Positions 57,901 through 64,000 of a stretch of DNA of 64,000 nucleotides are shown piece by piece (the first letter of the stretch is position 1; each line of letters starts with the position of its first letter). This DNA is from an uncultured virus (IMG/VR IMGVR_UViG_3300035681_000004) (taxonomy: Duplodnaviria > Heunggongvirae > Uroviricota > Caudoviricetes). The stretch is taken from the IMG/VR virus record IMGVR_UViG_3300035681_000004; one strand, written 5' to 3'. The translations under genes were made by a program, and so were the position numbers. Below the pieces are notes generated by a model. The model saw only the letters and a list, made by a program, of their open reading frames with translations, did not search any database and was not told the origin of the DNA.

Positions 57901-59827
57901 TGGTGTTGTATCTACCAGCACCACAACCAAAGAAATTATTATAACATCCAGTAGTATTACAAAATCCTGCAGCACTACCTATAAAGTTATTATGACATCC
58001 AAAAGTATTCGAAAATCCAGCACACTGACCTATAAAGATGTTGAAGCTTCCTGTGGTGTTATAACGTCCTGCATAATAACCTATGAAGTTGTTGTGAGAT
58101 CCTGTAGTATTGACACGTCCAGTAGCACGACCAATAAAGTTATTATAACTTCCAATGCTATTTAAATATCCTGCACGACATCCAATAAAAACATTATCAT
58201 TACCAAAAGTATTATAAAAACCAGATTGCTGTCCTATAAAGACGTTTCTATTTCCAGTAGTGTTGCAATAACCTGTACCATTACCAATGAAGTTATTGTT
58301 ATTTCCGGTCGTGTTAAAAAATCCAGCATTTGGACCAAAGAAATTATTAGCATTTCCCGTAGTGTTACAACGTCCAGCACTTGTACCAAAAAAGTTATTA
58401 TAACAACCTGTTGTATTACACTGACCTGATGTGTTTCCAAAGAAGTTATTAAAGGATCCAAAAGTATTAGAAAATCCTGTACATTGTCCTATAAAGTTGT
58501 TGTTGGTTCCTGTGGTGTTATTACATCCTGAAAAAAGACCGAAGAAATTATTATAAGCACCAGTAGTATTACAAAATCCTGCACGTTGTCCAATAAAGTT
58601 GTTATTAGATGCAGTTGTATTACTTCTACCAGCAAGGTATCCTAAAAAATTATTTGATATTCCCGTAGTATTGCAAGCACCAGCATATCTACCAAAGAAG
58701 TTATTGTAGCATCCAGTTGTGTTACTAAGTCCTGAACACTGACCAATAAAGTTATTAAAACATCCAAAGGTATTCGAATATCCAGCACATAGTCCTATAA
58801 AGGTGTTGTTGGATCCTGTAGTGTTGCATCTACCTGCTTGCAGACCAAAGAAGTTATTATTGCCCCCTGTAGTATTGTATCTCCCTGCCAAATAACCAAA
58901 GAAGTTATTATAACAACCAGTAGTATTAGAGAACCCTGCAATTGCTCCAAAGAAGTTATTAAAAGCACCAAAAGTATTAGAATATCCAGCACACTGTCCT
59001 ATAAAGGTATTGTTGGTTCCTGTGGTGTTTAAGTATCCTGCAGCATATCCAAAGAAGTTATTGAAGCATCCAAAAGTATTAGAATATCCAGCACACAGTC
59101 CTATAAAGTTATTGTTGTTTCCTGTGGTGTTAGAACGTCCTGCCTGTGAACCAAAAAAGTTATTATAATTACCAAACGTATTAGATTGACCTGCACCAAA
59201 ACCTAAGAAGTTATTATATGCTCCACAGGTATTGTTGAATCCTGCACTATTACCTAAGAAGTTATTAGAAACTCCAGTGGTGTTTGATCTTCCTGCAGAT
59301 CTACCAAAGAAATTATTATTAGATCCTGTAGTATTAAGGCGTCCAGCACTAGAACCAAAGAAATTATTACGAGTTCCTGTTGTATTGGAATATCCAGCAC
59401 ACTGACCTATAAAAGTATTGTATACTCCAGTAGTATTATAATACCCAGCACATTGTCCAATAAAAACATTATGAGTTCCAGTCGTCGTAGAACTACCAGC
59501 ACCAACCCCAGCAAAAAAGTTATGAACACCATCAGTAACAACAGCACCAGTGGTACTATCACCAATCTTAATATTCGTATCGCAATATCCAATGACACCA
59601 GCAACCTGAAGTTTGACGGTTGGGTTGGTCACACCAAGTCCAAGTTCACCCAAACTATCAACAACAACGATTGTACTTCCAGACCCTACCTGAAACTGTT
59701 GTACTGGAGAGTTCGTTGCAATTCCAACCGTACCTGCATTTAAAGTACTTACAGTTGTAACCCCTGTTAGAGTAACGTTACTAGAGATACCTATATTGGT
59801 TACTTGCGTAAGACGTTCAAGTGCCAT
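54914..59827 (-). CDS. Giant repeat fibre protein B, 1637 aa, with S74 chaperone domain
   Basis: Roughly 100 14-aa repeats; SDGRDK..LRPVKFQW..GLIAQEV..LIKAIQEL. Confidence 0.8.
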   Translation of the reverse strand: MALERLTQVTNIGISSNVTLTGVTTVSTLNAGTVGIATNSPVQQFQVGSGSTIVVVDSLGELGLGVTNPTVKLQVAGVIGYCDTNIKIGDSTTGAVVTDGVHNFFAGVGAGSSTTTGTHNVFIGQCAGYYNTTGVYNTFIGQCAGYSNTTGTRNNFFGSSAGRLNTTGSNNNFFGRSAGRSNTTGVSNNFLGNSAGFNNTCGAYNNFLGFGAGQSNTFGNYNNFFGSQAGRSNTTGNNNNFIGLCAGYSNTFGCFNNFFGYAAGYLNTTGTNNTFIGQCAGYSNTFGAFNNFFGAIAGFSNTTGCYNNFFGYLAGRYNTTGGNNNFFGLQAGRCNTTGSNNTFIGLCAGYSNTFGCFNNFIGQCSGLSNTTGCYNNFFGRYAGACNTTGISNNFLGYLAGRSNTTASNNNFIGQRAGFCNTTGAYNNFFGLFSGCNNTTGTNNNFIGQCTGFSNTFGSFNNFFGNTSGQCNTTGCYNNFFGTSAGRCNTTGNANNFFGPNAGFFNTTGNNNNFIGNGTGYCNTTGNRNVFIGQQSGFYNTFGNDNVFIGCRAGYLNSIGSYNNFIGRATGRVNTTGSHNNFIGYYAGRYNTTGSFNIFIGQCAGFSNTFGCHNNFIGSAAGFCNTTGCYNNFFGCGAGRYNTTGSNNNFFGYLAGRENTTGNNNNFFGRAAGQCNTTGTDNTFFGVQAGFKNTTGSHNNFFGNIAGLCNTTGKYNNFFGFYAGCANTTGNCNIFIGFRAGQLNTTGSNNFFGGYAAGYRNTTGSFNNFFGYLAGACNTTGTNNTFIGQCAGYSNTFGENNNFFGLQVGFCNTTGNHNTFIGFCAGYSNTFGGYNNFFGKFAGFSNTAGNCNNFIGLCAGYSNTTGTDNNFIGTLAGLSNTFGCFNNFFGPSAGRCNTTGIRNNFFGQFSGLSNTTGTNNNFFGYYAGRSNTTGNHNNFIGFCAGYSNTFGAYNNFFGFNAGLCNTTGSRNNFIGPNTGVSNTFGNYNNFFGSRAGNSNTTGCHNTFIGLCAGYSNTFGGYNNFFGRFTGRCNITGCFNNFFGNVSGRYNTTGCYNNFFGNAAGNSNTTGSHNNFFGLNAGYSNTTGADNTFIGQCAGFANTFGCYNTFIGRSAGKCNTTGFFNTFIGRNTGTSNTTGEQNFFSGAEAGRFNTTGSHNNFLGTSAGYCNTTGSCNTFFGLCAGCANTTGGNNTFIGACAGRNNTFGFHNNFIGWRAGQGNTTGNGNNFIGDATGCSNTFGNYNNFFGVDVGRSNTTGSNNNFFGLLSGRCNTTGSNNTFIGQCAGYSNTFGDLNNFFGALAGWCNTTGSFNNFFGSSAGRCNTTGSYNNFFGRAAGLANTSGCYNTFFGKYAGYFNTTGSNNIFFGLRAGQTNTTGTNNNFFGVTAGYSNTTGGDNTFIGTCAGYSNTIGRHNQFMGTVAGLNNTSGRYNQFFGVNAGLCNSTGCYNSFMGIGAGRANTTGIKNVFIGAYAGCNNTIGSCNVVLGPYNVPSATNSNQVVISSGNATAACYSGAFSAWGNTSDGRDKINIQNLPQGKDFLGKLRPVKFQWDFRDEEKKKLPPQGKEEAGLIAQEVQAVQEEYNADYLRLVDDNAPDSLGIYKTNFIPILIKAIQELDQENTELRNTLKEVLKRLDAAGL

Positions 59828-59840
59828 TTTTGTTTTTTAG

Positions 59841-62800
59841 TTATTTATTCTGGTTCTTAAGGTCATTAAGTTCTTGTCTTAATGAAGTCACTTCTGCATC
59901 AAGTTCTTTGATTGCATTGACGAGCACTGGGATCATATAGTCGTGTGTGATACCAAGATTATCTGGGTCAGAGTTATTGACGATAATTGGTTCATCACCC
60001 TCTAGAGACATTACTTCTTGTGCTGAGAATCCATATCTCTTTCTTGGATCCTTGAGTTCTCCTGTCTCTTTGTCCTTAAAGGAGTACTTGATTGGGTTGA
60101 CTCCTCTTAAGAAATCTCTACCGTATGGTACGTTGCCCCAGACACACTTGTATCTGATATCGGAGGCGACACCCCAAGCAATCTGGATACAGGCTGTTGT
60201 ATGGGATGAGTTACCCATAACAATTTGGTTACCAGTGGTTGTCATATTAATGAGACCACCTGGAGATGATCCAGTTGTTCCAGAAAAACGACCAATTGCT
60301 ATATTATTAGATGCTGTAGTATTGTTCTGACCTGCACCATAACCAATAAAAACATTACAGCAACCACCAGTGTTACTAAATCCAGCATCACGACCAAAGA
60401 ATTGGTTATAACAACCAGTGGTGTTATAACGCCCAGCATTACAACCAATAGCATTGTTATGGCATCCAGTAGTATTAGTAACTCCTGCCTCTCTACCAAG
60501 AAAAACATTCCAACTTCCAATAGTATTGCTAGCTCCTGCTCCAAAACCTATAAAAACATTACAACTTCCTGTGGTATTGAAGTATCCTGCAGATTCTCCA
60601 AAGAAAATATTGTTGTTTCCAGTAGTATTACAAAAACCAGAGGCATTACCAGCAAAAACATTACTATATCCAAAAGTATTAGAATATCCAACACATCTCC
60701 CTATAAAGACATTGTTGGTTCCTGTGGTGTTGGAGTATCCTGTATTAAGTCCAAAGAAGTTGTTGTTGTTTCCTGTGGTGTTATAACGTCCAGCTTCACG
60801 TCCTATAAAGTTATTATTAGATCCTGTAGTATTTTTATATCCAGAAACAGGACCAAAGAAGTTATTACACTGTCCTGTCGTATTATAATATCCACTTGCA
60901 CGTCCAAAGAAGTTATTATACTGACCTATTGTATTGCAATATCCAGCACATCCACCTATAAAGTTATTATTGTTTCCTGTAGTGTTACTGCGACCTGCAA
61001 ATAACCCAAAGAAGTTATTAAAACATCCAGTGGTGTTGCAGAAACCTGCTTGTGTTCCAATGAAATTATTACAACTACCAAAAGTATTAAGACATCCTGC
61101 TTGTTGACCTATAAAGTTATTAGCAGTTCCAGTTGTATTAGATTGTCCAGCATAAACACCTATAAAATTATTGTTTATACCAAAAGTATTAGAATATCCA
61201 GCACACGCACCTATAAAGTTATTGTTGTTTCCTGTGGTATTACTTCTACCTGCATAACGACCAAAGAAGTTGTTACTGGATCCTGTAGTATTAGAAAATC
61301 CTGCTTGTCTTCCGAAGAAGTTATTATATCCACCAAAAGTATTAGAATATCCGGAATCGCAACCAATAAAGGTATTACTATTTCCTGTAGTATTACAAAT
61401 ACCAGCATTCAAACCAAAGAAGTTATTAAAGCATCCTGTAGTATTTCTAAATCCTGCTTGTCTTCCAAAGAAATTATTGAAACCACCAGTAGTATTGAAA
61501 AATCCTGCATCACATCCAAAGAAGTTATTATAGTTTCCAGTGGTGTTGCAAAGTCCTGCACCACGTCCAATGAAATTATTAAAGCAACCAAAAGTATTAG
61601 AATATCCAGCGCATAGTCCTATAAAGTTATTGTTGGATCCTGTGGTGTTATATCTTCCTGCAGCATAACCAAAGAAGGTATTGTATGATCCTGTGGTATT
61701 TTTACATCCAGCAAGTTGTCCAAAGATATTATTATTATTTCCTGTAGTGCTGCAAAGTCCTGCATAACGTCCAAAGATATTATTATTACTTCCTGTAGTG
61801 TTTGAATATCCTGCATAATAACCAAAGAAATTATTGCAGTTACCAAAAGTGTTAGTATATCCAGCACGTTGTCCTATAAAGTTATTATTAGATCCTGTAG
61901 TATTTCCTTGTCCAGCACGGCAACCAAAGAAGTTATTATTACTTCCAAAGGTATTTGCATAACCAGCAAGAAGACCAATAAAAGTATTATGATTTCCTGT
62001 GGTGTTACAACGTCCAGCATCAACGCCAAAGAAATTATTATAGCAACCAGTAGTATTATCACGCCCAGCACCACACCCAAAGAAATTATTGTGACATCCT
62101 GTGGTGTTAGAAGCACCTGCATAACGACCAAAGAAGTTGTTAAAACAACCTGTGGTGTTACAACGTCCTGCAGAACATCCTAAAAAGTTATTAAAACAAC
62201 CAAAAGTATTATAAAGTCCTGCTGCTTGCCCTATAAAAATATTAGAACCGCCAGTAGTATTACAACGTCCGGCACTATTTCCAATAAAATTATTAGCACC
62301 CCCAAAAGTATTAGAATATCCAGCACACTGTCCTATAAAGGTATTGTTGATTCCTGTGGTGTTTAAGTATCCTGCAAAAAACCCAAAGAAATTATTGTTA
62401 GAACCAAAGGTATTGCAAAAACCTGCATTACGACCTATAAAGTTGTTGTTGTTTCCTGTGGTGTTTAAGTATCCTGCTTGGCACCCAAAAAAGTTATTAT
62501 GACTTCCAGTGGTATTATAATATCCAGAATATTTGCCAAAGAAATTATTATAGTTTCCTGTTGTATTACATCTTCCTGCTTCACGATTGAAGAAATTATT
62601 ATAACTTCCAATGGTATTTGCATTTCCTGCGTTATAACCTATAAAGTTATTATGTTTTCCAGTTGTATTAGAAAATCCTGATGTAGTACCAAAGAAGTTA
62701 TTAAAGCAACCAAAAGTATTAGAATATCCAGCACACTGTCCTATAAAGGTATTGTTGGATCCAGTGGTGTTGCTTCTACCTGCAAAAATACCAAAGAAAT

Positions 62801-63998
62801 TATTTTGAGAACCAGTGGTATTGCAAAATCCTGATTGAACACCAAAGAAATTATTGTTGGATCCTGTGGTGTTATAACGACCTGCACTACCACCAAAGAA
62901 ATTATTATAATTACCAGATGTGTTGCTTTTACCTGCATAACCGCCAAAGAAGTTATTACACTGTCCTGTCGTATTATAATATCCACTTGCACGTCCAAAG
63001 AAGTTATTATACTGACCTGTAGTATTGCATCTACCTGCACTAGGTCCAAAAAAGTTATTAAAGCAACCAGTGGTATTACAAAGTCCTGCGAAGATACCAA
63101 AGAAATTGTTATAACCACCAAAAGTATTAGAGTATCCAGCACATCGCCCTATGAAGTTGTTATTGTTTCCTGTGGTGTTTTTACATCCTGCTTGTAGACC
63201 AAAGAAATTATTGAAACTACCAAAAGTGTTAGCAGCACCTGCACTAGCACCAATAAAATTATTATGTTCTCCTGTAGTGGTACAATATCCTCCACGAAAA
63301 CCAAAAAAGTTATTATAGCTACCAGAAGTACTAAATTGACCCGCCCTTCTTCCAATAAAAATATTTCGGCATCCGGTAATATTGCAAATCCCTGCATTGT
63401 ATCCACCAAAGAAGTTATCAGAACCAAAAGTATTAGCAAATCCAGCACACTGTCCTATAAAGGTATTGTTGTTTCCTGTAGTATTACAACGTCCAGCAAG
63501 ATATCCAAAGAAGTTATTGTAACTACCAAAAGTATTATAAGTTCCAACACCCTGTCCTATAAAATTATTGCGATTTCCAGTCGTGTTAAATTTGCCTACG
63601 TTGGTTCCTAAGAAGTTATTACCTTGTCCAGTAGTATTAGAATATCCAGCACACAGTCCTATAAAGTTATTATTAACTCCTGTAGTATTGGATTGACCGG
63701 CACGGAAACCAAGGAAGTTATTATAACAACCAGTGGTGTTATAACGACCTGCACCAAATCCAATAAAATTGTTGCTATTTCCTTCTGTGTTATCACGTCC
63801 AGCAAAACGACCAATAAAGTTATTGTATGCACCAAAAGTATTCGAATATCCAGCACATAGTCCTATAAAGTTGTTGTTGGTTCCTGTGGTGTTGCTTCTA
63901 CCCGCAGCATATCCACCAAAGAAATTATGATTTCCTGTCGTATTGCAACGTCCTGCATTTAATCCAAAGAAATTATTATGACATCCAGTAGTATTACA
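59841..63998 (-). CDS. Giant repeat fibre protein C, 5'-truncated by window (>1380 aa), with S74 chaperone domain
   Basis: Repeat frame at 63998 and 62586 matches the 59841 stop frame; SDIRYK..YGFSAQEV..LVNAIKEL; track start 61412 is internal. Confidence 0.8.
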   Translation of the reverse strand, partial: CNTTGCHNNFFGLNAGRCNTTGNHNFFGGYAAGRSNTTGTNNNFIGLCAGYSNTFGAYNNFIGRFAGRDNTEGNSNNFIGFGAGRYNTTGCYNNFLGFRAGQSNTTGVNNNFIGLCAGYSNTTGQGNNFLGTNVGKFNTTGNRNNFIGQGVGTYNTFGSYNNFFGYLAGRCNTTGNNNTFIGQCAGFANTFGSDNFFGGYNAGICNITGCRNIFIGRRAGQFSTSGSYNNFFGFRGGYCTTTGEHNNFIGASAGAANTFGSFNNFFGLQAGCKNTTGNNNNFIGRCAGYSNTFGGYNNFFGIFAGLCNTTGCFNNFFGPSAGRCNTTGQYNNFFGRASGYYNTTGQCNNFFGGYAGKSNTSGNYNNFFGGSAGRYNTTGSNNNFFGVQSGFCNTTGSQNNFFGIFAGRSNTTGSNNTFIGQCAGYSNTFGCFNNFFGTTSGFSNTTGKHNNFIGYNAGNANTIGSYNNFFNREAGRCNTTGNYNNFFGKYSGYYNTTGSHNNFFGCQAGYLNTTGNNNNFIGRNAGFCNTFGSNNNFFGFFAGYLNTTGINNTFIGQCAGYSNTFGGANNFIGNSAGRCNTTGGSNIFIGQAAGLYNTFGCFNNFLGCSAGRCNTTGCFNNFFGRYAGASNTTGCHNNFFGCGAGRDNTTGCYNNFFGVDAGRCNTTGNHNTFIGLLAGYANTFGSNNNFFGCRAGQGNTTGSNNNFIGQRAGYTNTFGNCNNFFGYYAGYSNTTGSNNNIFGRYAGLCSTTGNNNNIFGQLAGCKNTTGSYNTFFGYAAGRYNTTGSNNNFIGLCAGYSNTFGCFNNFIGRGAGLCNTTGNYNNFFGCDAGFFNTTGGFNNFFGRQAGFRNTTGCFNNFFGLNAGICNTTGNSNTFIGCDSGYSNTFGGYNNFFGRQAGFSNTTGSSNNFFGRYAGRSNTTGNNNNFIGACAGYSNTFGINNNFIGVYAGQSNTTGTANNFIGQQAGCLNTFGSCNNFIGTQAGFCNTTGCFNNFFGLFAGRSNTTGNNNNFIGGCAGYCNTIGQYNNFFGRASGYYNTTGQCNNFFGPVSGYKNTTGSNNNFIGREAGRYNTTGNNNNFFGLNTGYSNTTGTNNVFIGRCVGYSNTFGYSNVFAGNASGFCNTTGNNNIFFGESAGYFNTTGSCNVFIGFGAGASNTIGSWNVFLGREAGVTNTTGCHNNAIGCNAGRYNTTGCYNQFFGRDAGFSNTGGCCNVFIGYGAGQNNTTASNNIAIGRFSGTTGSSPGGLINMTTTGNQIVMGNSSHTTACIQIAWGVASDIRYKCVWGNVPYGRDFLRGVNPIKYSFKDKETGELKDPRKRYGFSAQEVMSLEGDEPIIVNNSDPDNLGITHDYMIPVLVNAIKELDAEVTSLRQELNDLKNQNK

Positions 63999-64000
63999 AA

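Larger units (their letters stand above)
51560..64000 (-). repeat. Three degenerate 42-nt (14-aa) coding tandem arrays at about 51560-54570, 55390-59530 and 60290-64000
   Basis: Recurring ccaaagaagttatt / cctgtggtgtt / gaatatccagcaca at 42/84-nt period. Confidence 0.9.

Noticed and set aside
59841..61412. Track start of the 523-aa ORF
   Set aside because: Repeat frame continues in phase to the window end, so the TTG is internal; not every codon was checked for stops
51560..64000. Periodic repeats as a CRISPR array, and the many short alternative-frame ORFs
   Set aside because: Repeats are degenerate, in-frame and coding, with no constant repeat/unique spacer pattern; short ORFs are repeat shadows
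51039..64000. Diversity-generating retroelement acting on fibres
   Set aside because: No reverse transcriptase or adenine-specific TR/VR pair seen in the window
1..64000. Alternative genetic code or suppressor tRNA
   Set aside because: Core genes are intact in code 11; the apparent TTA in the split tRNA is the exon/intron junction of Leu(UAA)

Overview
AT-rich fragment of a large T4-like myovirus genome, most likely a (freshwater-type) cyanophage. Evidence: T4 core genes gp5/gp26/gp51/gp4/gp2/gp48/gp53/gp32/gp59/gp33, phoH, thyX, glutaredoxin, (T/C)AAATA late promoters and sigma70-type early promoters. Left to right it holds small early genes and an SF2 helicase; a block of large virion/fibre genes (PA14-like, LRR, tail-collar, beta-helix); a GIY-YIG endonuclease; a tRNA cluster; baseplate/hub genes with a second GIY-YIG insertion; replication and late-transcription genes with a Mom-like DNA modifier; a nitrogen-regulation-like micro-operon; a glycosyl/methyl/sulfotransferase cluster; and three giant 14-aa-repeat fibre genes, the last running off the window. 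Most notable: (1) tRNA-Leu(UAA) split by a 198-nt trnL-type group I intron; (2) two tandem glutamine-riboswitch-like elements whose P2 loops each contain an ORF, with an NtcA-type site upstream and a DUF4278-like peptide downstream; (3) both homing endonucleases are preceded by the same architecture with different sequences (late promoter, ~55-nt two-hairpin RNA complementary to the nuclease 5' UTR, terminator, second late promoter). All calls are by eye from sequence motifs; no searches were run.
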